DNA from: Octopus bimaculoides | Taxonomy: Eukaryota | Assembly: GCF_001194135.2 (NCBI RefSeq) | Contig: NC_068989.1 | Coordinates: 14,973,788-15,037,787, forward strand | Reading direction: 5' to 3' | Length of the DNA: 64,000 nucleotides | Shown here: positions 51,431-64,000 of the stretch, piece after piece | Layout of the letters: every line of letters begins with the position of its first letter | Position numbering within the stretch: position 1 is the stretch's first letter | The notes under the pieces: model-generated | What the model saw: the letters and a program-made list of their open reading frames with translations, nothing else | Told to the model about the DNA's origin: nothing | Databases searched by the model: none | Program-made: the position numbers and the translations under genes

Positions 51431-52552
51431 CCCTAGAATATTAACCTGAATGATCAGGAAAATGAATCCCACCATCCATTTCAATTTAGTAATTTGGTAA
51501 ATTGCTCTTTAAGAACCTCCACTGTGCTCCCCCACTTCTCAGAGTTCAATCCCCTTGTTCACTAGTAATAAAGCTAATCCCTTCCCTCCAGGATTTGTAG
51601 TTCTGGGAGCTGCCTGGCAACCGCAATAGTGTGTAGGTGACATAAAAAAAAAAAGAAGCACCTAGTCCATGCTTAAAGCGGTTGGCATTAGGAAGGATAT
51701 CCAGCTGTAGAAACCATGTCAAAAGATACTGGGGCACAATGCAGTCCTTGGACAAATTGGGTCCTGTCAAACCATGTGCCCATGCCAACATAGAACACAG
51801 ACGTTGAAGGATGATGATGATATCATATAGCATCTACACCAATGTTACTGAAGTTATATGAATAGACAACATCAGTTGTTTAAAAAGCTTCAACCAATCG
51901 CATTTATTGTTACTGAATGTCGCTGGTTGGATGTCTTTGTCTTGTCTTCATGGCTCTCCATCAACTCTGTTGAAAATTTCTGATAGAAGCTCTGGCTGTT
52001 AAGCAAACCTATGATGGAAGCCATTCCAACTATGACTATCCTGATTGTTTTTGATACCCAAGATAACATCATCCCATGTGTCCCTTCTTTCTCTCTCTCT
52101 TTTTAAAATACTGTAGAGAGTAATCAGATGATATCTTGTTACTATTTAGCAGGTTGAATGATTGCTTCATTGACTACTATTTGTGCTTTCTGATGTCTGT
52201 CTAGTCCAATATAAAGCAAACACTATTTGTCTAACAGTTATTTCATTATTAGGTATTTAACGAACACTTTAGGCAGAGATTGCATGCCAATGTATTGAGA
52301 AAGTAACTAATTGCTAATATGCAAGAAAGACTTCTGCAGTACTAAGAGCACTTAATGCACATGGATAGTAAAGTGATTGAAAATGTTTAAGGAGATATTT
52401 ACAAGATACTATATGGACTACAGGCAGATTGAAGAAGACTTGGAATTTAGTAGTTAACTGAATCGTAAAAAGTTACAATTCACAAATGAAATAAAGGATA
52501 TGTGTTGGTAAAACAATAAGTTTGTGTATCATGTGATGTGAATACAAACATA

Positions 52553-53100
52553 GGCGCAGGAGTGGCTGTGTGGAAAGTAGCTTGCTTACCAACCACATGG
52601 TTCCGGCTTCAGTCCCACTGCGTGGCACCTCTGTGCAAGTGTCTTCTACTATAGCCTTGGGCCGACCAAAACCTTGCGAGTGGATTTGATAGAAGGAAAC
52701 TGAAAGAAGCCCGTTGTATATATATGTTTGTGTGTCTGTGTTTGTCCCCACCTCCTGTGTTTGCATCCCCATAACTTTAGCAGTTCGGCAAAAGAGACCG
52801 ATAGAATAAGTACTGAACTTACAAAGAATAAGTCCTGGGGTCAATTTGTTCGACTAAAGGCAGTGCTCTCGCATAGCCGCCGTCAAATGACTGAAACAAG
52901 TAAAAGAATAAAAGAGAATAGGCACAGGTATGGTTATGTGGTAAGTTTCCTTTCTATTCCAGTTCAAGTCCTACTGTGTGGCACCTTGAGCAAGTATCAT
53001 CTACTATAGTCCTGGGTTGACCAAAGCCTTATGAGTGGATTTGGTAAATGGAAATTGAAAGAAGCCTATCGTATATACATATATGTGTGTGTGTGTGTTT
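52553..53100 (+). mobile_element. SINE family A copy plus adjacent diverged 5' half
   Basis: alignment by eye. Confidence 0.8.
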
Positions 53101-54313
53101 GTCTTCAGTGTCAAATGTCCAGTCAGCTGTTCTGAACCATCAGCATTGAAACAGCCACATCCTATTGACTGATACCAGGTGGTAAAAGACTGCATTACCA
53201 TTTTGATTATTAACCTTAAATCAACATCATCAATTAAACATTTGTGTATTGTGTTTTTCTTTTATACTGGCATCAATAGGGAAAAAAAAAAAAAGAATTG
53301 ATAATGATACTTACTAAATTTAGAGGGAGCTAAAAGGGATGTGTTCCAGAAAACACTACGTTTTCCATCTGTGGGAAGAGAAAAAAAATATATGTATTAA
53401 AATGCTCTACAACTACCTATCTAAACAAAGCCCATAACCTGCTGACCAAAAATAGAAACATTCCTTAAAATACAATTTAATATATTAAAGTACTGTCATT
53501 TCGTTTTAGTGGAGGCACATGGCTTACTGGTTAGTGTTGGATTCACAACTATAAGATGATGGTTTCGATTCCTGGACTAGGTGATGCTTTGTGTTGTTGA
53601 GCAAAACACTTCATTTTACGTTGCTCCAATCCACTCAGCTGGTAAAAATGAGCAATCCTGCAACAGACCAGCATCCCATCCAGAAAAAAAATGGGAAACC
53701 AGCCCTATGCTCCTTATGGGGCAATGCGAACTGATCTAACCATCTCCTTTTAGGTGAGCATAGTTGGAAAACAATATACAAAGTTATTTTAATGACATTT
53801 AGTCTGAAGTGTTAAGGTGTAATGTTTGTCAGTCTTATAGTGTCAATAGTACCATTGTTTGTTGCAAGTTTCCAATGAGCCAATCATTGGTTTGCTGTAT
53901 TGGAAAGTGGGTTATACATCATTAGATGTACACCTGCTTTCCTATATTAAATTAGAATTGAACGGAACGCAAATCTCCAAACTATCAACTCAACAATATT
54001 TATTTAAGGTGGAAAATAGCCACAATCTCTTGGTTGTTGAGACGTCTTCTGCGAGTGAGAACATGGTTGCTGAGACGTTGGTATGTTGATGTGAGCTGTC
54101 TGGCGTGAGTTCGAAAGATGGAGAGAAGACAGCTAGACACGTCCTTGCTCAATCGCTGGCCAGTAAGAAAGAGACAGAATAAAGCGGGAAAGCTTGGATG
54201 TTGAATTCCACGCATGCGCACAGCGTTACTACAGCTGCATTTCAGAACAAATACCATGAGGCAATCTTTATTTGAAAGTACTCGTTTATCAGTTCACACC
54301 TTATGATAGATGT

Positions 54314-54689
54314 TTGTTGTAGGCACTCCGTCGAGGGTTCCAGTTGATCCAATCAACGGAACAGTCTGCTCGTGAAATTAACGTGCAAGTGGCTGAGCAC
54401 TCCACAGACACGTGTACCCTTAACGTAGTTCTCGGGGGATATTCAGCGTGACACAGTGTGACAAGGCTGGCCCCTTTGAAATATAGGTACAACAGAAACA
54501 GGAAGTAAGAGTGAGAGAAAGTTGTGGTGGAAGAGTACAGAAGGGTTCGCCACCATCCCCTGCCGGAGCACCATGGAGCTTTAAGTGTTTTCGCTCAATA
54601 AACACTCACAACGCCAGATCTGGGAATCGAAACCGCGATCCTATGACCGCGAGTCTGCTGCCCTAACCACTGGGCCATTGTGCCTCCAC
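54314..54689 (-). mobile_element. SINE family B
   Basis: TSD tatgatagatgt. Confidence 0.9.
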
Positions 54690-55477
54690 TATGATAGATG
54701 TAAATCAGTGGAAAAGCCACACACACAAATTTGCTCATTCGTTTTGTCTGCTTTTCCATTCTAGAATGGATTAGGCATATTACTGAAGCACTGTTTTACA
54801 GCTAGATGTCCTTCTTGTAACTAACGCTTTCTTGATTTTCGAGTGAGAGGTTTCTTACACATCTTATACATATAAATGTATTTTCTTAAGATAAACGATT
54901 TCGATTTTCTTTAGAATTGGAAGATTCAAACTGCATTCGTTCTTGTCATTATTATGGGACAGGCAGGAAGTAATAGACAAAAGATATGTTTTAATTACAC
55001 TTCAGTTATATATATTTTTTAAAAATAATACTCTCACAGAATTATTTCCCTTAGACACTTCCACGACAGTGTATTGTCTTGTGCCTAGAAATCCTAAACA
55101 GGAAAACCAAGTATATTATTGAAAAAAAATTTATAAATGGTAATAGGTCTCAACATACCAGTAGAATCTGGATCAGCTTGGCGGGAAGCACCAAATCGAC
55201 TTGGTGCAATAATGCCTATGACATACAAGGAAATAAAACAAAAGATGTAAATATAAGAGAAAGGAAAATCAATTGAAAGATGAACTGTAAAGGGAAATAT
55301 CAAGCAATTAAGTCAATATGTCATCAAAGCCCAAGAAAGAGTCACTAGTTGGTATCTAATCATTAGTTTGATGCTGAGCCTGTAGCAAAGATATTTACCA
55401 ATCAATATTATAATCCAGCTGCAAAGAGGTTGTTGATTAGGTTTACTCCTTTAGTATTCAGATTACTCTGTCAAATG

Positions 55478-55915
55478 TTTTTTTCTTGCCTTTAACCCTC
55501 CAACGTGGAGTATAGGCCACTTATAATTGAATTCCATGTCGCATAATTTCTCGCTTCTGTACTTATACTCTGCCATGAATGTCCCCCTTTCTCTAGTTCC
55601 TTTTGTGCTGATCTACGTCGAGTTCTTAGGCCTACCCCTCTTTCTATATCCATCAGGATTCCACTGTAAAGCATTTTTCGCTACATTTGGTATGTCCTTT
55701 CTAATTGTGCTACCAATCCACTTCCACTTTTTCTTAAATATTTGCTTCCTAATCGAAACTTGATTCGTTCTTTGCCATAACTCCATATTGCTTATGTGTT
55801 TGGGCCATCTGATATTAAGTATACTATGCAAGCACCTGTTGATGAATGATTGTATTTGCTTATTTGACTTAACTGTTGTTCTCCATGTCTCAGCCTCATA
55901 CAATAACACTGCTTT
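55478..55915 (-). mobile_element. RTE-clade LINE 3' end inserted in a piggyBac-type MITE
   Basis: LLYEAETW...FINRCLHSILNIRWP...KWKWIG...WNPDGYRKRGRPK, frameshift, then QKELEKGGHSW; A-rich tail; tgtcaaatgt repeated at both flanks. Confidence 0.85.
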
Positions 55916-56779
55916 TACGTTAGTGTTAAAAATGTCAAATGTAATGATTATTTATTTCACATTGCTTTGAACTAATCATGCATCATTATCTTGTAGCTTT
56001 CAGATTTCATTTAAGTGAGTGTTTGTCTTTAGAATGACATTATTAGGTGGATGTGAGAAGCTGGATCTGGCCAGTTTGACCATAAAACAGCTGGGATATC
56101 TGGGCCAGCTATGGCTGGTTTAAACACCAAAGGGTTAATCCAGTAGGTATGATCATTGGTTTTTCCAGCTGTGACCACCTCATCTTTTTTATTCAGATAT
56201 TGTACATTGAACTAAATTATCCATATCTTCTCTTGTGTTAAAAGATGTTTTTTTTTTGGAGGGAGATTTTATCTGAGTTATTTTGAGACTAGACATTCAT
56301 AAATTTATAAAAGACACTTTTGTTGTGGTTAAAACACTTATATATTTAAAATTAAATTTATATTTGCTTTACAAAAACAACTGGGATTCACAACTATTTT
56401 AAGAATTAATTGAAATATAGAGTTTTCTACAAAAAAATATAGAGCTCATACCAGAGGTGTAAGGGACAGTTGCCTTTGGGAGCAAGTATAAGGGGGCACA
56501 GAATTTCCTTTGATGTCTTTGTCTTTAGACTCTGAGAACCCTTACTAAGCCACTAATTAAGGCACTGATTTAACAATGGGCTTCCATTACTGTTTTTGAA
56601 TTGCTCAACTATGATCTCTTTCAAGCAGCTTACAACAAGGGGTAAAAAAAAAAAAAGACCCAAACTTTGCTGTAAATAACCCTTAAAGCGGATATAAATG
56701 ATAAAATCAACAGCTAGCTTCACGTCAACAACAATTCAAAGAGAAACAAAACACTAAAAGTATAAAGAAAATAACTGAC

Positions 56780-56881
56780 CTTCACAAGACTGTGATGTTA
56801 TAGATGCCAGTGATACAGTTTCACTCTTTAGGGAGGCTTTAGGAGCAAAAGGGTTTGGCATCATTTTACTAGCAGCAAGAA
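56780..56881 (-). CDS. RANBP3: RanBP3 exon: (V)LAASKMMPNPFAPKASLKSETVSLASITSQSCE
   Basis: tatcttatcttacag acceptor, GAAG|gtcagt donor; 102 nt, phase 1-1. Confidence 0.75.
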
Positions 56882-57532
56882 CTGTAAGATAAGATACGGG
56901 TTGGCATTTCAATAGAACCATAATAAAGAAAGTTAAGATTGGCTTCAAGACACAAAGCAAGATAAATATTAACTTCACACATTACTTCTACAATTAAAGG
57001 AAGAGGCGGGGGACGTGCGTCTTAAATTTTATTGTATTCCTGCTCCTTTACACATCTGGTTTCAGTTTCCCTTTCGTAGCAATTCTTCATTACAAACTAA
57101 TACTAGCTCTGGGGTTCATGGTTTGTAAGCTATTCGGAATTGCAGAGGCAATTCAGATAGAATTTTCATGACCTTCTCATCCAGCAGATAACAAAGATGG
57201 TGGTCGTGGTGTTGGTGGTGTGAGGGTGTTAGGTTATCTTAAACAAACACTTCGAGAAGAGGCAGGGGTGGAAGTAAAAGGAGGGTAGCCAGATAGATGT
57301 TATTACAGGGTGGAGAGAGTTGGCATGATAAAAAGTGCACCATGTAAAGTCGATAAATTCAACAGTATACTTTTTTACAAAGCATATCTATGCAACATCT
57401 ACTACTAGCTAGTAACCATAGCTACAGAAGAAAGCGGAGATTAGGAAAAAGGAATTTTATGGCTGTCACTGAAATGCAAAGAGAGATTTTGAAATAATTT
57501 ATGTAACAAAGAAATCGAAATAACCAAGGCAT

Positions 57533-57895
57533 AAGTATGGCTGTGTGGTTAAGAAGCTTGCTTAACAACTACATGGTTTTGGGTTCAGTCCTATTGTGTG
57601 GCACCTTAGGCAAGTGTCTTCAATTAAGGCCTTGGGCCAACCAATTGCCTTGTGAGTGAATTTGATAGATGGAAACTGTGTGGAAGCCCATTCTATATAT
57701 ATATATATATATAGATATATATATATATATATATGTACATATGTTTGTGTTTGGCCTCCACTGCCCATCACTAAGCAGTTTGGCAAAAGAGACCAATGGA
57801 ATAAGTACTGGGGTCAATTTGTTCAACTACACACTTGAAGGTGGTGCCCCCAGCATAACTGCAGTGCAATGATTGAAACAAGTAAAAGATAAAAG
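57533..57895 (+). mobile_element. diverged SINE family A
   Basis: alignment by eye. Confidence 0.75.
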
Positions 57896-58067
57896 ACAAA
57901 TTAAGCTAGACCAGAAGAGATTAAGAAAACATGACACCCTGCCAGAGATGATTTGGGTCCCCTAAAATCCCAGAATAATAATCGAATCTATACAGAAAGC
58001 TAATACTATTTTTACATTTTCAGACAAGAAATAAGAAAATAAAAATTTCCAAGTCTTCTCATCTTAC

Positions 58068-58097
58068 CTGGGTTAGATGATGTGGAAACACCCAGAA
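58068..58097 (-). CDS. RANBP3: RanBP3 30-nt microexon: (V)LGVSTSSNP
   Basis: tttctgtctcgttacag acceptor, CCAG|gtaaga donor; phase 1-1, open. Confidence 0.7.
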
Positions 58098-58606
58098 CTG
58101 TAACGAGACAGAAATATAAAAAAGAAAAAAAAGGTGAAACTTCATAAACCAGCAAGTAAATGATTTTTTTGTTTTTCTTTTCATGCCAACACAGTAAAAT
58201 AGTTTGTCTTATTTATTTCTTTAATCATGCTAGGGAATCAGAGATTCACTTAACAACCATATGGTTCTGGGTTCAATTACACTGTGCAGCACCTTGGGCC
58301 AATATCACTTAAGCAAACATTTGGGTCAACCAATACTCCCTGAGCATAATTTGGTTGATGGAAACTGTAAAAGCCCAGTGAATGTACATACACATATATG
58401 AATGTGTGTGTGTGTTTGTTTACAAGGCAAGCTAGTAGAATTGTTAGCCTGCTGGGCGAAACGCTTAGTGGTTTTTTGTCAGCCTTTATGTACTAAGTTC
58501 TGCCATGGTTGGCTAAGTTTTTCATCCTTTTGGGAGTCAATAAAATAAGTACTAGCTGAGTGCTGGAGTTGATATAATTGACTTAACTACTCCTGAGTAT
58601 AAGTAG

Positions 58607-58651
<45 letters not shown>

Positions 58652-58978
58652 TTAAGAAGAAAAAAAGAAACCTACATCCTTCTGCCAAACCACATCAAGC
58701 CAGTGCAACAGTAGCCTCATCCAACCGGTATGGTCACAAGCTCAAAATCACAGCCTTCACATTGGACCATGGCTAGTGGAAAGAACATTGTGAGGCCTTC
58801 ATTTAGCAGTGGAACGAACATAGGCTAGGCAATCCAATCCAACACACTATTTGCATAAATTCATGGTGCAAGTTTTGTCTAGCATCTAAGCCTCTCAACC
58901 ACTAAATATATTGCAGTTCTGAGTCTTTGTCAAGCAGTAGCATTGCATGGCTTGGGTAAGCAAGTAAATAATACTCAT

Positions 58979-59390
58979 AGGCGCAGGAGTGGCTGTGTGG
59001 TAAGTAGCTTGCTTACCAACCACAGGGTTCCGGGTTCATTTCTACTGTATGGCACCTTGGGTAAGTGTCTTCTACTATAGCCTCGGGCCGACCAAAGCCT
59101 TCTGAGTGGATTTGGTAGACGGAAACTGAAAGAAGCCTGTCGTATATATGTATATATATATATATATATATGTATATGTGTGTATATGTTTGTCCCCCCA
59201 ACATCGCTTGACAACCGATGCTGGTGTGTTTACGGCCCCGTAACTTAGCGGTTCGGCAAAAGAGACCGATAGAATAAGTAATAGACATCCAAAGAATAAG
59301 TCCTGGGGTCAATTTGCTCGACTAAAGGCGGTGCTCCAGCATGGCCACAGTCAAATGACTGAAACAAGTAAAAGAGTAAAAAGAGTAAGA
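58979..59390 (+). mobile_element. SINE family A
   Basis: full-length copy. Confidence 0.85.
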
Positions 59391-59562
59391 GTATGAATGT
59401 AAAAAGTAAAAAAACAAGAGATATTAAATGTACTGAATAACTTGGAATCATTCCTTCTTTTAATTTAATGCCATGATAACTTTTTTTGTCATATTTCTTT
59501 TTAAGCAAGCAAATCAGTATTAAGATTATGTTGAAGCTGAAGTAGAGTAAAAACCATCATAC

Positions 59563-59715
59563 CTGTAACAGAAGGCTTACAAAATCTAAGACGAGATGGT
59601 GAGATAAACGAAGATGATACAGTCTGTGGAGAGGCTATACTTGATGATGAACTTTGACATGAACCCAAAGATGAAGTTGAGGAGACCACACCATTTGTGT
59701 CTCCAGTTTTACTCT
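59563..59715 (-). CDS. RANBP3: RanBP3 coding exon (5'-most found): (E)SKTGDTNGVVSSTSSLGSCQSSSSSIASPQTVSSSFISPSRLRFCKPSVT
   Basis: tttatttagtttcag acceptor, ACAG|gtatga donor; 153 nt, phase 1-1, open; chains in frame to downstream exons. Confidence 0.75.
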
Positions 59716-61566
59716 CTGAAACTAAATAAATTGATAAAATAATTATTATAAGCAGAAGAATATTGAAGAAAATAATTGTTTCAATCAACATACAGCCACT
59801 GGAAGCTAAGAAATAGATTGCACCAATAAATTAGTGATGCCTGTAAAAGGAAGCCAAATTCATAATTATTCCAGACTTGGGACTATTCAACTATATTGAG
59901 TTTCTTGTATGCTTTATATTAGTTCACTCCTCTAGCATTCAGATTACACTGTCAAATGTAATGCTTAATTATTCACATTGTTTTGAATTTATCAAGCATT
60001 ATCTCATGGCCTTGAGACTTTGATGATGCAGTTCTTTTATTTTTAGAATGACATTTTAGGGTCAGTGTGAGAGGCCAGATCTGACCAGTTTGAACATAAA
60101 ACTGGAAGAATATTTGAGTCAAATATGGCTGGTTTAAATGCTGAAATGTTAATTTATTTTATTATGTCGTTCCTCCAAGGAATCATCTTAAATATAATAA
60201 ACTAGTCTATAAACATTATTTTACCACAATAACAAAATCATTTTAAAATGACAATATTCCACCTAGAAAAATATGATCAGATATAAGGGACAATAACAGC
60301 TGCAATGTGAGAATCAAGAATTTAGGTTTTAATTGTTTTCAACCACAACCGGTTTCTAATTTACTAGATATTTATGACAGAAAAATTAGGAATGTTATTT
60401 CATCGTTTAACGTCCGCTTTCCATGCTAGCATGAGTTGGACGATTTGACTGAAGACTGGTGAACCAGATGGCTACACCAGGCCCCAATCTGATTTGGCAG
60501 AGTTTCTACAGCTGGATGCCCTTCCTGACGCCACCCACTCCAAGAGTGTAGTGGGTGCTTTTACATGCCATCGGCACGAAGGCCAGTCAGGCGGTACTGG
60601 CAACGGCCACGCTCAAAATGGTGTATTTTATGTGCCACCTGTACAGGAGCTAGTCTGGCGGGACTGGCAACGACCTCGCTTGAATGTCTTCATTTTATCA
60701 TAATTAATTAATTTTTGCATTTCATGGTGTTAGAGTTTCTTTACCAGATGCAATGTTTGCATTCTGTGTACCTTAACATTTCTTATGAGTACATTAAACA
60801 TTTCCAAGCTAACAATGTAAACATCGTTTAGCCTGTAGTTGTGTAAACCTTTGAGAAAATTTACAAAACTGAAGCTATGAGAAGTGTTTATCAGATTAAT
60901 TACATAATAAACATTGAAGTAATTATCTTGATAATAATAAACGTAAAATGTGCTGAAAAATCTATTTGGGACATAAAGGTGTAGAGTGTCAGGGTTTATA
61001 GATTAAACTTTAATACTGTTTAAACATAATTTTAATTAAACAGAACAGCATTTTACTATTATTGTTCTTTTTCTCAGTAGTTATAAAATCAGGAGAGTGC
61101 CAAATGTGCTACAACAGAATATTTTAAGAACATGCTTATGTGAAATAAAACATTCAATGAAAATTTTAAAACAGATATGCTTCAAATTTGAATAAAAAAC
61201 ATAAAAGGGGTACATAATTAAAATATAAAGGGGTATAATATGTCAATACTGACCTGATGGGCTTGCATCTTGTGTAGTACTATCGGCCTAAAATTTAAGA
61301 AAAAAAAAAATTTTTTTGAAAAACATCTAGAGAGATGTTGTAACCAGGGCATAATAATGGTGAGCACCAAAGCCACAGAATGGAATATCAGAAACTTGAG
61401 AATTAAAAAGACCATTCTTGTTAAAAAAAAAAAAAAAAATCCCACCATCAACAACAAACAGGAGTGCAACACTAAGTGACAAACATAAACAGCCTATGCA
61501 TGTGGCAAACCCACATGTGCAAATTAGAGCTAAGTTCAATCTACATTTACTCTTGATAACGGATTT

Positions 61567-61797
61567 TTAACTCTTTAGCATTCAGATTACTATGTCAAAT
61601 GTAATGCTTATTTAGTCACATTGTTCTTCAATAATCAATGCATTATTATCTCATAGTTTTCAGATTTTGATGATGTGAATAGCCATTTTTAGACTTACAT
61701 TGTCGGGTAGATGTGAGAAGCCAGATCTGGCCAGTTTGAATATAAAACAGGTAGGATATTTGCACCAGATATGGCTGGTTTAAATGCTAAAGAGTTA
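61567..61797. mobile_element. piggyBac-type TTAA MITE, family F, about 230 bp (also 21345-21560, 25546-26106, 27998-28335, 40003-40683, 46018-46260, 55440-56138, 59930-60150)
   Basis: ttaaC(C/T)CTTTAGCA ... TGCTAAAG(G/A)Gttaa termini; shared internal sequence. Confidence 0.8.
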
Positions 61798-62231
61798 AGG
61801 CTTCAATACCATGATATATATTTATAAAAAAAAAAAGGGATTTTGTTTTTCTTTTGTCACTTCTATATTTCTAACTCAGATTGATTGCCGTGATTTTCTA
61901 AAACACTTTCGACTCTAATTTTAAACTGCTTCTTGTAAATATTATATTACTTTAATATATTATTGTTAATGGCACCAAAGCAAACACTATCACCAAGACC
62001 ATTAAGAGAGCATCTAAGAATAGCATCAAAAATCTACCCTCAAATCCTACACTCATCTCTAAAAACATCAATCTTAGTAACTTCAATACTTACAATCCTT
62101 GGTGTTTGTACTCCTCCCTACATCAGCAGAGCTGCTGCGCAACTATTGAAGTTATTTGTGTATGATACAAGATATTTAAACAAAAAAATAAGCACTGTCA
62201 ATATTGGGGAAGTAGATATTATACTCAAGTA

Positions 62232-62575
62232 TGCTGAGACCCCCTCCGGTTATGACTGAACATGGGATTGTACCTAGAAAGTTACCCTCCCAGGCACAAG
62301 TCCGGGCAAGGTTGTTTATGGAAGACCAGCTGTCGCCCATGCATACTGGCCTCCCCTCTCCACGCCACCGATGTTATCCAAGGAATAAGGCAAAGGGGCC
62401 GATACAGCTTGGCACCAGTGACGTCGGAACTCATTTCTACAGCCGAGTGAACTGGAGCAATGTGAAATAAAGTGTCTTGCTCAAGAACACAACACGCAGC
62501 CCGGTCCGGGATTCAAACTCACAACCTCATGATCGTAAGCTCGACGCTCTAACCACTGAGCCATGCGCCTTCACT
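62232..62575 (-). mobile_element. SINE family C-like (related copies at 31570-31885 minus, 53510-53745 plus, 35330-35490 minus)
   Basis: tRNA-like head, shared ctccagttcactc/cttgagcaagacact core; TSD tactcaagta. Confidence 0.8.
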
Positions 62576-63742
62576 ACTCAAGTAGAATAAGCATATATAT
62601 ATATATAAATAGGCAATGACTGAGACCTTTAGCATTATGTTGTGCTTAAGAAGACCCATCAAGCCAAGTGAAATCGCAGTTGTGTCATACAAACGACATC
62701 TGTGCCGGCGACATGTAAAAGCACCCATTACACTCTTGGGGTGGTTGGCATTAGGAAGAGCATCCAGCTGTAGAAACAGAGCCAAATCAGACTGCAAACT
62801 TGCCAACCCATTCCAGCATGGACAACAGATGCTAAATGACGATATATATCATCATCATCATCATCATCGTTTAACGTCTGCTTTCCATGCTAGCATGGGT
62901 TGGAGGATTTGACTGGGGGCTGGCGAACCAGATGGCTGCACCAGGCTCTAATCTCATATATATAAACCCACTCACCCTGTCCAATCCTCTGTACCTCTCT
63001 GTAACTTGAGGCTTAATTCCATGGGTATGATCATTGGCTTTCCAGCTGTGACCACCTCATCTTTTATTCAGATATTGTACATTGGACTAAATTATCCTTG
63101 TCTTCTCTTGTTTTAAAGAATGTTTTTTTCTTTTGACACACCTTTACTATCATCTTGTCCTTATCTCTTTTACAACTAGGGTAGCCCCGTCTCTAATTTA
63201 CAGCAAGATACCTGCTAGCATCACTCTGTCATACTCCAGCCATTCACTACCATATCCCTTAATACTACCTCTCCACCTCATCCACCCTGTCAGTTAAAGG
63301 GCCTAGTCTTGCAAGTTATCAACAAGTTTATTGGTGACTTCATTGGTGCCAGTGCCACAGAATAAGTACCTAGTACATTCTGTGAAATGATTGGCATTAG
63401 CAAGAGCTTGGCAATCCTCTGGCTAGTCAGCTCCAGTTGAACAGCGTTTCACCCATGCCAGCATGGGAAATGGAGGTTAACTGATGATGGTGATAAACAC
63501 AACAAGCCTCTGTAAGAAAGGCAGTAACCTTGAGACAGCTAACATCTAATGTACACACACCATTGCCTGCAGTTATGAAACACTATGCATAAATAAAGAC
63601 ATTTAATGGCAACTGTAAATTGCATTAGCTTGCTGATGGTGTGCAGTTATACACTATTGTTTGGAAATGATTAATTTAAAAATACAGCTTAAAACATGCA
63701 AGTTAATATCACTGATATATGCTAAGAGTGTGAAAACCTTCA

Positions 63743-63900
63743 GTGGCTGTGTGGTAAGTAGCTTGCTTGTGAAACACATGGTTCCGGGTTCAGTCCCACT
63801 GCGTGGCACCTTGGGCAAGTGCCTTCTACTATAGCCTCGGGCCGACCAAAGCCTTGTGAGTGGATTTGGTAGACGGAAACTGAAAGAAGCCCGTCATATA
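63743..63900 (+). mobile_element. SINE family A 5' half
   Basis: head through the central TA tract. Confidence 0.8.
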
Positions 63901-64000
63901 TATATATATATATATGTTAATTCTCTAAATGAAGTATTAACAGTAACTGCACGATAAAGTGTAGTATATTGCCACTTAAGTGTGGCTGACCCCTAGGGGT

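Overview
Eukaryotic, AT-rich, microsatellite- and transposon-dense genomic DNA with five N gaps. The SINE/LINE content looks like a cephalopod, most likely Octopus (inference from the repeat landscape, not a database match). The right half (about 32.1-59.7 kb, minus strand) holds 11 phase-consistent coding exons of a Ran-binding protein 3 (RanBP3) gene, about 474 aa. These encode a Ser/Thr-rich N-terminal region, two FxFGxNLxERVV motifs, a complete Ran-binding (RanBD/PH-like) domain and a basic C-terminal tail. The first coding exon was not found. The left half (1-30 kb) has several exon-like islands on both strands that I could not assemble into a known protein. The rest is four tRNA-derived SINE families, RTE and R4/Dong-like LINE fragments, a solo LTR, piggyBac/hAT/Tc1-type MITEs and simple repeats. 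Most ORFs in the supplied track are repeat or N-gap artefacts. The most unusual observation is the last RanBP3 intron: 144 nt, in frame, and open except for one TAG inside its 5' splice site. That makes it a speculative candidate for a retention/A-to-I switch. No well-supported novel biological system was found.
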